Shown here: in pieces, positions 19,193 through 32,235 of the stretch
Layout of the letters: every line of letters begins with the position of its first letter
Numbering within the stretch: the first letter of the stretch is position 1
Origin: an uncultured Verrucomicrobiae bacterium
GTDB lineage: Bacteria > Verrucomicrobiota > Verrucomicrobiia > Limisphaerales > Palsa-1400
DNA length: 64,000 nt
Assembly: GCA_963702845.1 (NCBI GenBank)
Contig: OY969763.1
Location: 2,592,001-2,656,000 of the forward strand
Direction of reading: 5' to 3'
Position numbers and translations under genes: made by a program
Notes under the pieces: model-generated
Told to the model about the DNA's origin: nothing
Seen by the model: only the letters and a program-made list of their open reading frames with translations
The model's database searches: none

Positions 19193-20050
19193 TTAGGACC
19201 TTGCGGTCTTTACTAACGACCGTAATGCGCTGAGGTTTTCCACGTCTTCTTTGAGGTCTTTGCCTTTTGGGGTTTCCAAGCAGCCGGGTGTGTTTTTGAA
19301 ACGAGCGTCGTTTACGATGTGTTTGAAACCTGCGCGGCCGATCTTCCCCTGCCCTATGTGCGCGTGACGATCAACGCGTGAACCCAAGTCGGTTTTGGAA
19401 TCGTTGAGGTGAAAGGCCAAAATCTGCTTGCGACCGATAAGTTTTTCGATGTCCCCCATCGCTCCATCCCAACCTTTTGGCGTGCGGACGTCATAACCAG
19501 CAGCGAACAAGTGGCAGGTGTCGATGCATAAGCCGAGGCGCTCTGGCTTGTCAACACCATCAAAAATCTCCGCGAGGTGTTCGATCCGATTGCCGAAACA
19601 GGAGCCTTGCCCCGCTGTATTTTCTAATGCAATCCGAACATTGGCATCGTGCGTGGTAGTGAAGACTTCGTTCAAGCCTTCAATCACTTGCTTGAATCCG
19701 TGCGCCTCGCCCGCTCCGAGGTGTGCACCCGGATGCATTACGAGAAAAGGAACTTCGAGCAGATCTGCAATTTGGATTTCCTGAATGAGCGACTGCAGGG
19801 ACTTGTCGCGATTTGGTGAAGGATCTGCGGCCAGATTGATGAGATAACCGGTATGCCCGAAAATTTTTGCGAACTTGTACTGCTTTTTGGCGCGTGCGAA
19901 TTCGTCAATTTCCGATTGAACCGGCAGGCGCCCCATCCATTGCATGTTGTTTTTGACGAAGATCTGGATGACCTCGCAATTGACCGAAGAGCCGCGTTCG
20001 AGGGCGCGCCAGTATCCGCCTGCAGTCGAACAATGCGCGCCGAATTTCAT
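19193..20050 (-). CDS. nfo: Endonuclease IV
   Basis: FGAHCS, HTGYLINL, HPG, LENTAGQG, DTCH, HLNDSK, DRH, LETP. Confidence 0.95.
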   Translation of the reverse strand: MKFGAHCSTAGGYWRALERGSSVNCEVIQIFVKNNMQWMGRLPVQSEIDEFARAKKQYKFAKIFGHTGYLINLAADPSPNRDKSLQSLIQEIQIADLLEVPFLVMHPGAHLGAGEAHGFKQVIEGLNEVFTTTHDANVRIALENTAGQGSCFGNRIEHLAEIFDGVDKPERLGLCIDTCHLFAAGYDVRTPKGWDGAMGDIEKLIGRKQILAFHLNDSKTDLGSRVDRHAHIGQGKIGRAGFKHIVNDARFKNTPGCLETPKGKDLKEDVENLSALRSLVKTARS

Positions 20051-20059
20051 CCGCAGAAT

Positions 20060-21256
20060 TTACAGCTTTTCCGGCGACTGTAACAGTTCGGCGATTCGGG
20101 CAAGCAAACGTCCGGCGGCGCCGCCGTCGAGCACACGATGGTCGAAGCTGAGGGTCAGATTTGCTTCCGTGACGGGAACGAATTGACCTTTCTTCTCATC
20201 CCAGCGCGGCACTTTCCGCCCAGCGCCTAAACCCAGAACGATCGTTTGTTCGGGGAGCGGAATCGGGGTGGCGAACGTCAGGCCAAATGTGCCGAAATTG
20301 GTGACTGTGGCAATCGAACCGCCAGTCGCGTCACTCGGGAGCCGACGCTGCCTAGCCATCTCAACTAATTCATTGTAACGAACCATCATGTCGCTCAGTG
20401 GCTTTTTATCGGCGTTGCGCAAGACAGGAACCAGAACGCCATCGGTCACTTCAACGGCAAAGCCGACATCGATCGCGGGCGGATGAACGATTTTATTTCC
20501 AACCAATCGACCAGCGGGTGCGCTATCTTCAGCCAATGCCAGGGCAAGAGCGCGCAAGGAGTAAAGAGCAGGCCCTGGTTTCAGCGTGTTTGTTTTGCGA
20601 TGAGCAAGTACTGCATCCAACGGAACAGGCAAAGCAACCGTCGCAAGTGGACGCGTCCAACTACGGCGCATCGCGTCAGCCACCGCCACGCGCATCGAAG
20701 AGGCACCTGTCAGTTTGTGCTTCTCAAGGTTTGAAATGAATTTCTCGAAGTCCTGGATAGTGACCCGTCCAGCCGCGCCACTGCCGGCGATTCCAGCAAG
20801 ATCTGCGGCATGCAAACCCAATTCGTGCATGCGAGCTTTCATGCGCGGCGACATGTAGCTAGCGCCGGCGGCATGCGCTGGAACAGGCAATCCGCGAACC
20901 GTTGGTTCGACATTCCTGCGGGCTTCGATGGTCCTCTCGACTACTTCGGTGTCATTACCGTTGGCCGGAGCAGTGGGTTGATGTTCACTCATCCCGAGGC
21001 GATCGGCGACTTCCTTTGTGACTTCTAAATATCCGAGTGTCGTGCCAACGGCATAACTCTCTTTCAACTTGACCAGCAACTTACCAACTTTCCCGGCGCA
21101 CGGCGACGAGACGTTCATGGTCGCTTTGTTGGTTTCAACTTCAATGATGTCCTGGTCGGCCGCGACGGTGTCGCCGACTTTAATCAAAAGGTTAACAACG
21201 GTCGCCTCGGCGATTGATTCGCCGAGCTGCGGCATGATGATGGGAACGTGACGCAT
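20060..21256 (-). CDS. 2-oxo acid dehydrogenase E2 (dihydrolipoamide acyltransferase)
   Basis: Lipoyl domain EVETNKA, PSBD-like GSGAAGRVT, catalytic DHRVLDG. Confidence 0.9.
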   Translation of the reverse strand: MRHVPIIMPQLGESIAEATVVNLLIKVGDTVAADQDIIEVETNKATMNVSSPCAGKVGKLLVKLKESYAVGTTLGYLEVTKEVADRLGMSEHQPTAPANGNDTEVVERTIEARRNVEPTVRGLPVPAHAAGASYMSPRMKARMHELGLHAADLAGIAGSGAAGRVTIQDFEKFISNLEKHKLTGASSMRVAVADAMRRSWTRPLATVALPVPLDAVLAHRKTNTLKPGPALYSLRALALALAEDSAPAGRLVGNKIVHPPAIDVGFAVEVTDGVLVPVLRNADKKPLSDMMVRYNELVEMARQRRLPSDATGGSIATVTNFGTFGLTFATPIPLPEQTIVLGLGAGRKVPRWDEKKGQFVPVTEANLTLSFDHRVLDGGAAGRLLARIAELLQSPEKL

Positions 21257-21257
21257 G

Positions 21258-22223
21258 TTAGGAGCGCAATAAGTTGCGGGCAGCCACAGCGATACTTCTA
21301 GCTGTCGGCCTATGGGTTGACCAAAGATTCGGGTGATACGGGATCGGCGTGTCTTTCGCGTTCAACCGTTGCGGAGGCACATCGAGCAGGCCGAATCCCT
21401 CGGTCGCAACGCGTGCGATGACTTCCGCGGTAACGCCGCCCCACGGCCAGGCTTCACCAACACAGAGCAGTCGACCGGTGCGCGCCACTGACGCCATCAC
21501 GGTGTCGGTATCGAGCGGTTTAATCGTGCGTAGATCGACCACTTCAATTTCGGTGCCTTCGCTCGCAAGTTCTTCGGCGACTGCCAAGGCTTCATGGAGC
21601 ATCGCGCTATAGGCGACGATGGTGAGGTCGCGACCGGCACGAGCGATGCGAGCTTTGCCAACGGGCATGGCTTCGGTCGGAAGTTTGTCGGCCTTTAAGT
21701 GGTAATATAAATATTTGTGCTCGCAGAAAATAACGGGGTCATCAATGGCTACCGCTTCAAGCAACATGCTGTAGGCGTCTTCAACGGTCGCAGGCGTCAT
21801 GACAATCACGCCGGGGTAATGCGCGTAAATCGCTTCCATGCTTTGGCTGTGGAAGGGACCGCTGCCGGATGTGCCGCCGGATGGGAGACGAATTGTAATC
21901 GGGCACGGAGTTTGCGTGCGCCAGTAAAGTGTCGCGGCGTGATTGATGATCTGATTGAAACCGGGCGTCGAAAAATCGGCGAATTGCATTTCAATGATTG
22001 GCCGCATTCCTTCAATCGCAGCGCCGATGGCAGCGCCGACCATTGCGTCTTCGCTGATGGGCGAATCGATGACGCGGCCGGGAAATTGCTCCGCGAGATT
22101 TTTTGTTGCTTTGAACGCACCGCCGAATGCGCCGACGTCCTGCCCGTAAATAAACACGCGAGGGTCATCGGCGAGAGCTTTCGCCTGCGCTTCGCGAATG
22201 GCTTCAAGGTAGGTGATGCTCAT
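21258..22223 (-). CDS. 2-oxo acid dehydrogenase E1 beta subunit
   Basis: GQDVGAFGGAF, DSPISE, EMQFADF, GPFHSQ. Confidence 0.93.
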   Translation of the reverse strand: MSITYLEAIREAQAKALADDPRVFIYGQDVGAFGGAFKATKNLAEQFPGRVIDSPISEDAMVGAAIGAAIEGMRPIIEMQFADFSTPGFNQIINHAATLYWRTQTPCPITIRLPSGGTSGSGPFHSQSMEAIYAHYPGVIVMTPATVEDAYSMLLEAVAIDDPVIFCEHKYLYYHLKADKLPTEAMPVGKARIARAGRDLTIVAYSAMLHEALAVAEELASEGTEIEVVDLRTIKPLDTDTVMASVARTGRLLCVGEAWPWGGVTAEVIARVATEGFGLLDVPPQRLNAKDTPIPYHPNLWSTHRPTARSIAVAARNLLRS

Positions 22224-23263
22224 GGAATGTCGTTGGCCGGGCCTTCAAAACCTTCGCTCAAATGACGCGACGCAAGAGCGCACCAATTCTCGCGGTATGG
22301 GTCTGGAGTCGGCTCGCGTTGAACGATGGCCAGGGCGTCCTCGACTTTTCGGATCGCATCCAGACGCATTTGTTGAACGGCAGCGGTGTCAGCCCAGCTT
22401 TGTTGAAGCAAATATTCTTCAGCGACCTTGAGGCAATCACGGCCGATTGGTGAATTTTTTAGCCGTGCATCAATGTAATGCGCATCGTCGTGTTCGCCGT
22501 GTCCACAAAGACGAAGCAGTTTGGCAACGACCATTTGCGGCCCGCCACCTTCGCGCGCCTGTTTTACGGCAGTGCCCACGGTGTTCAGACAAGCCAGTAA
22601 ATCGGTGCCATCGACGTGATGAGCAGTGACGCCGTAGCCAACGGCTTTGTTGGTCAGATTGCTGCAAGCGAACTGCTTCGATGACGGAGTGGAATAGGCG
22701 TAATGATTGTTTGCAATGACTAACACGAGCGGCAGTTTTTCGACGGCGGCTTGATTGATGGCTTCGTGAAACGCGCCGGTGGAAGTTGCGCCTTCGCCAA
22801 TGCACGCTGCGCCGACCGCACCGGTAATTTTTTTGAAACGCTTGGCCATGAGCGCGCCGTTTACGACGGAAATCATTGCGCCAAGATGGCTGATCATTGC
22901 GAGATAACCTTCACGTGGACGGCCACGATGCACGTTGCCGTCGCGACCGCGCATCGGTCCAAGTGCTGAACCTAAGTAATTGCGCAAGGCGTCGATGACA
23001 GGTTCACCGAACGCAAGGCGTCCGGCACCATCGCGAATCAAAGGGGCGTAAACGTCGCCTTTGTGCAAAGCGAGTCCCAGGGCAACGCTCAAAGCCTCCT
23101 GCCCTTTACCAAGAAAAACTCCGCCATGGATTTTGCCGCCGCGATAGAGGCTGGCCAATTTTTCGTCCAGAACTCTGGACAAAATCATGAACCGAAACGC
23201 CTTCAAATATTCATCGCGAAGAGTGGAACCCACTGACTCACGGCTCTCCACTGTCTGCAACAT
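22220..23263 (-). CDS. 2-oxo acid dehydrogenase E1 alpha subunit (TPP-dependent)
   Basis: GQEA, GEGA...NNHYAYST TPP motif, RLCGHGEHD. Confidence 0.92.
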   Translation of the reverse strand: MLQTVESRESVGSTLRDEYLKAFRFMILSRVLDEKLASLYRGGKIHGGVFLGKGQEALSVALGLALHKGDVYAPLIRDGAGRLAFGEPVIDALRNYLGSALGPMRGRDGNVHRGRPREGYLAMISHLGAMISVVNGALMAKRFKKITGAVGAACIGEGATSTGAFHEAINQAAVEKLPLVLVIANNHYAYSTPSSKQFACSNLTNKAVGYGVTAHHVDGTDLLACLNTVGTAVKQAREGGGPQMVVAKLLRLCGHGEHDDAHYIDARLKNSPIGRDCLKVAEEYLLQQSWADTAAVQQMRLDAIRKVEDALAIVQREPTPDPYRENWCALASRHLSEGFEGPANDIP

Positions 23264-23313
23264 ATCCTTATTTATCTAGGGTTTAGGGGTTTGGAGCAAT
23301 CCGTTTCTTTTGA

Positions 23314-24450
23314 CTAGCGCGCCGCCTCGACGCGAGCCCACGCGTCCGCCTCGAGAATTTGTTCCAGGGTTGGATGGTCCACCACCTTGTGGGAGCCCAT
23401 CACGCGCGACACGGTTTCTGTAATTTGCACAAAAGTTTTATGCCGATTGACGAACGCATCTACAGCAACTTCGTTGGCGGCATTCAATACTGCCGGCAAC
23501 GTCCCGCCAATCTCTCCAGCGTGGCGGGCCAATTTCAAAGATGGAAATCGATCTTCATCGGGTTCTTCAAAGGTCAATTGGCCGAGTTTGGCAAAATTCG
23601 TTTGCACGCGTTCGCTGGGCATTCGGTTTGGATAGGTCAACGCGTATTGGATGGGCAGGCACATGTCAGGCGTGGAAATTTGAGCGAGGATTGAGCCATC
23701 GACGAATTCGACCATCGAATGAACGATGCTTTGCGGATGGACGACGACCTTTACCCGGGCCATTTCGATATCGAACAGCCACCGGGCTTCGATCATTTCG
23801 AGTCCCTTATTAAATAGTGTGGCGGAGTCGATCGTGATCTTGTTACCCATGACCCACGACGGATGTTTAAGCGCGCGTTCGACGGTGATCGCTGCAAAGT
23901 CTTCTTTCGGAGTTTTGCGGAACGGACCGCCCGATGCGGTGAGCCACAATGCGCGAACGGAATCGGAAGGTTTGCCATCGAGGCATTGAAAAATTGCTGA
24001 ATGTTCGCTATCGACGGCTAGCACCTTCACACCGTGTTTGCGCGCCTCGTTCATGACAATCTCGCCGGCCATGACGAGGATTTCCTTGGACGCGATCGCG
24101 ATATCTTTTCCGGCACGAATGGCGGCGAGCGCTGGCTGCAGACCCGCGGTGCCAACGATGGCGATGAGCACGACATCGGCTTCGGGGAGCGTTGCCAATT
24201 TAATCAACCCTTCGTTCCCCGAATAGACCTCAACGCCCCCGCCAAGCGTTTGACGGAGCGCTTCCGCTTTCTTCGGATCGGCGACGGAAATGGCCTTTGG
24301 ACAATGACGCAACGTTTGCTTGGCGAGTAAATCAACCTGATTACCGGCACCAAGCCCGATCAGGCGGATTTTGTCCGGCAAATCCTCGGCGACTTTGACG
24401 GTGCTGGTGCCAATGGAACCGGTGGAGCCCAGTAGAACTACATTCTTCAT
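23314..24450 (-). CDS. dxr: 1-deoxy-D-xylulose-5-phosphate reductoisomerase
   Basis: LGSTGSIG, DSEHSAIFQ, HPSWVMGNKITIDSAT, NKGLE. Confidence 0.97.
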   Translation of the reverse strand: MKNVVLLGSTGSIGTSTVKVAEDLPDKIRLIGLGAGNQVDLLAKQTLRHCPKAISVADPKKAEALRQTLGGGVEVYSGNEGLIKLATLPEADVVLIAIVGTAGLQPALAAIRAGKDIAIASKEILVMAGEIVMNEARKHGVKVLAVDSEHSAIFQCLDGKPSDSVRALWLTASGGPFRKTPKEDFAAITVERALKHPSWVMGNKITIDSATLFNKGLEMIEARWLFDIEMARVKVVVHPQSIVHSMVEFVDGSILAQISTPDMCLPIQYALTYPNRMPSERVQTNFAKLGQLTFEEPDEDRFPSLKLARHAGEIGGTLPAVLNAANEVAVDAFVNRHKTFVQITETVSRVMGSHKVVDHPTLEQILEADAWARVEAAR

Positions 24451-25364
24451 GGATGAGTCAGCACGTGACGCAAATACAAATACATCAGGGGTGCATTGAA
24501 CAACAAACTATCGAGCAAGTCGAGAATCCCGCCAATCCCGGGAAAAAGCTGTCCCGAGTCTTTTAGACCCGCTTCGCGTTTAAAGAGCGATTCGATAAGG
24601 TCGCCAATGACCGCGGCAGCGCTGAGAATGACGCCCAAAATGATCGCGTGCTTCATCGTCATGCCATACAAATGAGAGCCGGCTAATTTCAGAAAAACCA
24701 CGCTTGCAATCGTTGAAACGACAATCGCACCACCAAAACCTTCCCACGTTTTACCAGGGCTGATGCGCGGAATCATTTTGTGTTTACCAATCAACGAACC
24801 GACGAGATACGCACCGCAGTCGCTGAACTTCGTGACGAGGATGAAATAAAGAACGTAATAATGGCCTTCAACGCCGGGGAAAAAGTTGATCTTTTGAATG
24901 AAGTTCAGCAGCCAGGCGACGTACATCAGTCCAAACAGTGTCGTTGAAATCGCCACCACACCGGCAGTCGTTTGCTTGGATACAAATTGGCGAACGCACA
25001 GGCCGAGCACGAAGAAAATCAGTAAACTCGTTTCGAAATCGTTTACTCGCCCAGGAGTTGAGTCTTTGCCAAGGCGCTGGGTGAAGAAGAGGAACGTCGC
25101 GCAAATCAGAAGCAGTCCGGCGAAAATTCCCCACTTGCTATAACAGGAGAGCCCCAGCTTGCGAACAATGCCGTAGAACTCGACCAATCCGGCCCACGTC
25201 AGCAGCGCCATGATGACGAGGAAGACAGAGTCGGAGATAAGCTTGTTCCCAGAGAACAGCGCGCCGAGCACAACCGCCCAGAGCACAACGAAACTCGTCA
25301 GACGGCGAAGGAAGACGACTCCCTTTGACGGCCCGGATTTTGATTGTGGAATTGACTCAGCCAC
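24447..25364 (-). CDS. cdsA: Phosphatidate cytidylyltransferase
   Basis: ISPGKTWEG, GDLIESLFKR, KDSG, GGILD. Confidence 0.95.
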   Translation of the reverse strand: MAESIPQSKSGPSKGVVFLRRLTSFVVLWAVVLGALFSGNKLISDSVFLVIMALLTWAGLVEFYGIVRKLGLSCYSKWGIFAGLLLICATFLFFTQRLGKDSTPGRVNDFETSLLIFFVLGLCVRQFVSKQTTAGVVAISTTLFGLMYVAWLLNFIQKINFFPGVEGHYYVLYFILVTKFSDCGAYLVGSLIGKHKMIPRISPGKTWEGFGGAIVVSTIASVVFLKLAGSHLYGMTMKHAIILGVILSAAAVIGDLIESLFKREAGLKDSGQLFPGIGGILDLLDSLLFNAPLMYLYLRHVLTHP

Positions 25365-25425
25365 TGCGGAAGAAATTACCCGACTAAAGGAATGTGTCTA
25401 GCCTACAGTCTGTAGACATCAAAAA

Positions 25426-27567
<2,142 letters not shown>

Positions 27568-27777
27568 CGTGATTTGACGCACGGCGCAAAAAACGAATGC
27601 AGATGGATTTTTCATGAAACGTGAACGATTGTTCCTCGACGGGTTGTGCGGTGGAAAGATTCGAATGGGCTTCGGCCTCGCTATTGCAAGAAAGGCGCGG
27701 GAAACAATGGGCGGGAACATACAACTTGGATTAGAACCAGGCAAAAGGAGCCAGTTCTGCATTTAGCTACCAGCAGT

Positions 27778-28230
27778 ATGAAACCAAACTATTTGATCTT
27801 GGTCGTTGAAGATGACGACTCAGATTATTTCCTGCTCGAACGCGCGTTTCGAAAAAACAAAATAGAAAACCCGATTATCCGCGTAAAAGATGGTTTGGAA
27901 GGGTTGCATTATCTGCAAGGCTCCGGCGACTACACCGACCGCGAGAAATTCCCATTCCCTGACGTGATCATTCTCGATTTAAAAACGCCACGCATGTCAG
28001 GCCTGGAATTGCTGGCGTGGATTCGTGAACATCCGGAATGCCGGGTGATTCCAACTGTTATCATGAGTTCGTCGCAGCAGGAGTCGGACGTTTCCAAGGC
28101 TTACGAACTTGGAGCAAATACGTATTTCGTTAAACCGACCACGTTCGAAGACTTAATCCAATTGACGAAGACGATTCAGGATTACTGGTTCAAAGGACAA
28201 AGACCTGGCTTGAATAGAAAGGCGGGCTAA
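27778..28230 (+). CDS. Single-domain response regulator
   Basis: ILVVEDD, IILDLKTPRMSG, FVKP. Confidence 0.9.
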   Translation: MKPNYLILVVEDDDSDYFLLERAFRKNKIENPIIRVKDGLEGLHYLQGSGDYTDREKFPFPDVIILDLKTPRMSGLELLAWIREHPECRVIPTVIMSSSQQESDVSKAYELGANTYFVKPTTFEDLIQLTKTIQDYWFKGQRPGLNRKAG

Positions 28231-28240
28231 TCACGACTGC

Positions 28241-29365
28241 TTACGGGTTCGCGATTCCACGATAAAACGACCACGGCACGGCATTCGTATCCACCACTAG
28301 AAACGGCGACGGATTGGTCAGCATCGGAATCCAATCCAGAAGATTGCTCGATGCCTGCACGACGTAATTCGTTCCGGCGGTTCCAGTGACGTTGAATTGA
28401 AAATGTCCGCCATTGAATTGGCATGAAGACAACGTGGCATGGGTAATCGGCAGTGAACTCAAAAACAAATCCGACAAGTCGGTAGCATTTGCGGCATCGC
28501 CCAGATAAGGCCGGACGTCGAAAATGTTCTGAAACGTGCGCAGCAACGAACTGTGTGTGTAATGAATTGTGTTGGAATAATTATTTTTACTGAGCGGCGA
28601 CAAAATCATACAACCAATCGGACCATCGCTCGTCCCTGCCCCTTCATCCCAGACGATCACGACCATGCCGTTGTTGGTGTAAGCGCTCGACTTGAAAATA
28701 GCCGGCAAGTTGTTCGCCAGCCAGGTGTCGCCAGTTAGAAGTTTGTTCGTGCTGCCACAACCACTGCTGTTGTGCATGTCACTGCACAGGTTCGGAACGA
28801 CCCAGTTGAACCGCGCGACCGTGCCGTTTTGCAGGTCGGTCGCCAATTGAGAATACGGGCGCACGTTCGAGGTACACGTTGCCGAGTTGGCGTTGTTCGT
28901 GTTCGTGACATCGTAAAAATAAACGATTGGATTGTGGCGCGGCACGTAAAGATTGGTGTTCGCAAGCGGACAATTACATCCGCAGATATCTTCGTCGTAA
29001 GAACGCCAGGAAATTCCGGCAGCTTTTAAATATGCGCACAAGTGATTGGTCGTGCTCTGCCCGCCAGTTGACGGAAGAATATCCGACGTAATTCCAAAAT
29101 TTGTGCCGGCCTCCAGCCAAAGATAATTCGGCAAGCTCGGGTGCATGGTGGGCGGATTGTAGTATTGCTCCGCATGAGCGCCACTGGTCAGAAGCGTGTT
29201 ATTGATATATGGGGCGTTAGGACTGCCTTTGATCGATGACCAGTTGTAGTTCTCCATCGGGATGATGAAGACTGTCTGAACGGATTGGAGGACCGTAGCA
29301 GCATGTGAACACACGGTCACAACAAGCATGAGTAAGAACGAGCTGAGACGTAAGGGCGCGGTCAC
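28241..29365 (-). CDS. Secreted phosphoesterase (acid phosphatase/PLC family)
   Basis: MENYN, HPSLPNY, RHNP, NLCSDMH, WDE; C-terminal YVVQASSNLLDW...FYR module. Confidence 0.85.
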   Translation of the reverse strand: MTAPLRLSSFLLMLVVTVCSHAATVLQSVQTVFIIPMENYNWSSIKGSPNAPYINNTLLTSGAHAEQYYNPPTMHPSLPNYLWLEAGTNFGITSDILPSTGGQSTTNHLCAYLKAAGISWRSYDEDICGCNCPLANTNLYVPRHNPIVYFYDVTNTNNANSATCTSNVRPYSQLATDLQNGTVARFNWVVPNLCSDMHNSSGCGSTNKLLTGDTWLANNLPAIFKSSAYTNNGMVVIVWDEGAGTSDGPIGCMILSPLSKNNYSNTIHYTHSSLLRTFQNIFDVRPYLGDAANATDLSDLFLSSLPITHATLSSCQFNGGHFQFNVTGTAGTNYVVQASSNLLDWIPMLTNPSPFLVVDTNAVPWSFYRGIANP

Positions 29366-29437
29366 AAGTCAATGGCCAACGATATATCATCCCGTTGCGC
29401 GAACCACGACCACAAAATTCAGGATTCAGCCCAAGCG

Positions 29438-30604
29438 TCAACCGCGATCGTCAGTGATCAGTGATGCTTTGACGCGCGCCGAGAGAATTTTCCGCGAAGG
29501 CGTGTAGTTCGCAATGAACTCCCGTCGAAAATCTCCGAACGTCCCCGCCGCCAAATGAGCGCGCATGTCGGACATAACGTTCAAATACATGTGGGAGTTA
29601 TGAACGCTCACAAGACGCAAACCGAGAATTTCATTCACATTGAGCAGGTGGCGAACGTAAGCGCGCGTGAAATGCTGGCAGCAGAAACAGGTGCAATCGG
29701 CTTCAATTGGAGTGAAATCTTTTTTGTAGGATCCGCCTTTAATGCTCACTGCGCCCTTTTTAGTGAACGCAGTTCCATTTCGGGCAACGCGAGTCGGCAG
29801 CACGCAATCAAACATGTCCACACCACGCGCGACCAACTCCACCATTTGCGCAGGTGTGCCGAGCCCCATTGCGTAACGGGGTTTGTTCGCCGGAAGAAAT
29901 GGTTCGGTTAGTTCAACGGCTCGCATCATTTCAGGCTCAGGCTCGCCCACGCTAACACCGCCAATAGAGTGACCGTCAAAATCCATCGCCACGATCTCTT
30001 TTGCGCAATGTTCGCGCAACTGCGGATTCACCCCACCCTGACAAATGCCGAAAACGAACTGCCCCTTGGCGCGAGGTTGTACGCGGCATTCTTTTGCCCA
30101 GCGGATCGTGCGTTCAACGGCTTCTTGTTGCATTTTCGCCGGCGCGTCATGCGCAGGGCATTCATCAAAACACATTGCGATATCCGAGCCGAGAATGCGT
30201 TGGATCTCCATCGCTTCCTTAGGTCCAAGAAAGAGCGCAGACCCATCCAGGTGCGACCGAAACTCCACTCCGTGCGCCTTTACCTTCCGGATTTTTGCGA
30301 GGCTGAAAACCTGGAATCCGCCGCTATCCGTCAAGATCGGCAGGGGCCAATTCATGAACTGATGCAAGCCGCCGGCTTCGCCGATGATCTCCATGCCGGG
30401 GCGGATGTTCAGGTGATACGTGTTTCCCAAAATGATCTGCGTGCCCATCTCGCGCAGTTCGCGAGAGTCGAGCGCCTTCACACTCGCTTGCGTGCCGACC
30501 GGCATAAAGACCGGCGTCTCGATCGTTCCGCGCGTGGTGTTGATACGTCCAAGCCGCGCCTTCGATGAGGTATCAGTTTTTAATAATTGGAAAAATTCAG
30601 TCAT
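29438..30604 (-). CDS. tgt: tRNA-guanine(34) transglycosylase
   Basis: TPVFMPVGT, NTYHL, TDSGGFQV, DMFDCVLPTR, CTCFCC zinc site. Confidence 0.96.
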   Translation of the reverse strand: MTEFFQLLKTDTSSKARLGRINTTRGTIETPVFMPVGTQASVKALDSRELREMGTQIILGNTYHLNIRPGMEIIGEAGGLHQFMNWPLPILTDSGGFQVFSLAKIRKVKAHGVEFRSHLDGSALFLGPKEAMEIQRILGSDIAMCFDECPAHDAPAKMQQEAVERTIRWAKECRVQPRAKGQFVFGICQGGVNPQLREHCAKEIVAMDFDGHSIGGVSVGEPEPEMMRAVELTEPFLPANKPRYAMGLGTPAQMVELVARGVDMFDCVLPTRVARNGTAFTKKGAVSIKGGSYKKDFTPIEADCTCFCCQHFTRAYVRHLLNVNEILGLRLVSVHNSHMYLNVMSDMRAHLAAGTFGDFRREFIANYTPSRKILSARVKASLITDDRG

Positions 30605-30730
30605 TTACGTGCGCTTCTAACAAAAGCCTATTGAGCATGACGGAAGACATTTTAAAAAACGACCATTTCGTTGCAGGTTGCGAAACCAACGATGCCGCGG
30701 CCAACCAATGATACAGGCCAGGATACAGGG

Positions 30731-32101
30731 TTACCGTGTCAAAATCTTGTCCAGCGATTTGCCTTGCGCGCTCGGCAGTTCCACTTCCAGAACTTTCGCA
30801 ATTGTCGGAGCGACATCGATGTTTCGAATCTCTCCGAGTCTCGCACCGGACTTGATGCCGACTCCCCACGCCACAAACGTCGCATGCAAGTCAGGTTCAA
30901 GCGGATCATGTCCATGGCTTCCGTGACGTTCCGGCTTTTCACTGGCCGGAATCTTTCCGCTCGACGTGTCCCCGAATGCGTAACCACTCCCCGCCAAAAT
31001 AAAAATGTCTGGCGCATGCGGATCCTCCTCGGGCGTGGCCAGTCCGTTCGCTTTGAATTGCACCGACGTTAACACTCGCGTAACGCCTTTCTCTTTGGCG
31101 AATGCCTTCACAATTTTCTTTTCAATATCCCGACGATGAGCCCGATCCATTATATAAAGCATCACCGAACCACCTTGCGTCACGCACTCGACTCGATTCG
31201 TATGCGCTTTGGTGGTGGTTTCAAAACCTAACTTACGTAGTTCCGAGTGAATCGGAATATAACGGTCGTTTGACGAAAATCCATGATCCGAAACAACGAA
31301 CAGCGTCGCCCGCCCGGGATAATCGGATTGAAGTTCTTTCCAAACTTTCCCCAACTGCACATCGACCGCTTTGATCGCCACATACGCTTCTTCCGAACGC
31401 GGCCCATGCTCATGCTGCGCATGGTCGCTATTGCCGATGTGCAACATCGCAAACTGCGGCCGATGATTTTTCAACACCAGATCGAAAATGTCCGTCGAAA
31501 GAGCATCAGAAAACTCGCCCGGTTGCCGTTCACTAACCGCCGGATCAACAATCATAATTCCGTTTTCCGCGCATTCCTTGATCAACGATGGCGTGGTGAA
31601 CTCCCGTTGCATCGCGATCGACCGCGTTGCTGGAACCTGCCAATCCAAATTCTTCGCATTGCGCGTTGCCGGCCAGTGAATGCCCGCCGTCTTTAAGCCT
31701 GCCGCCTTCGCCACATCATAAATCGTCGGCACTTTGACAATTTGCTCTTTATCGAAAACGGGATCCTGAATCAGCGTCACCACCGCCTTGGTCTGACGAT
31801 CGAAATAATTATTCCCGACCACCCCGTGCAATTCAGGAGTAACCCCAGTGACTAACGTGGTATGATTCGGCCACGTCACCGTTGGAATCACCGCCATCAT
31901 CGAACTCGCCTTCGCCCCCTGCTGAGCCAACGCATGCAAATTCGGCATCTCCGCCTTCGGATCATCAAAATAAAACGCCGCCAAACCATCGAGGCTTACA
32001 AGCACCACAATTCGATTGGTATCGAACGCCGCGCGCGAATTCAGCGCAAAGAAAACAACAAATAGCGAGCAACAGGCAAAAACAAATTTAGCAAACTTCA
32101 T
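30731..32101 (-). CDS. Alkaline-phosphatase-superfamily nucleotide pyrophosphatase/phosphodiesterase
   Basis: SLDG, PTVTWPNHT, DHAQH, SDHGF, GSHG. Confidence 0.9.
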   Translation of the reverse strand: MKFAKFVFACCSLFVVFFALNSRAAFDTNRIVVLVSLDGLAAFYFDDPKAEMPNLHALAQQGAKASSMMAVIPTVTWPNHTTLVTGVTPELHGVVGNNYFDRQTKAVVTLIQDPVFDKEQIVKVPTIYDVAKAAGLKTAGIHWPATRNAKNLDWQVPATRSIAMQREFTTPSLIKECAENGIMIVDPAVSERQPGEFSDALSTDIFDLVLKNHRPQFAMLHIGNSDHAQHEHGPRSEEAYVAIKAVDVQLGKVWKELQSDYPGRATLFVVSDHGFSSNDRYIPIHSELRKLGFETTTKAHTNRVECVTQGGSVMLYIMDRAHRRDIEKKIVKAFAKEKGVTRVLTSVQFKANGLATPEEDPHAPDIFILAGSGYAFGDTSSGKIPASEKPERHGSHGHDPLEPDLHATFVAWGVGIKSGARLGEIRNIDVAPTIAKVLEVELPSAQGKSLDKILTR

Positions 32102-32235
32102 TCAAATATGGAGGAATACCTCGTCCTTACGAGACTTGGACGAAGCAGAAAAGGTTACGATTCGAAAATTAGAAATGGCGCCGCCCCATCGACTCTATCG
32201 GCACAATTACCCTGGCTCATCACCTTTTTACCGAC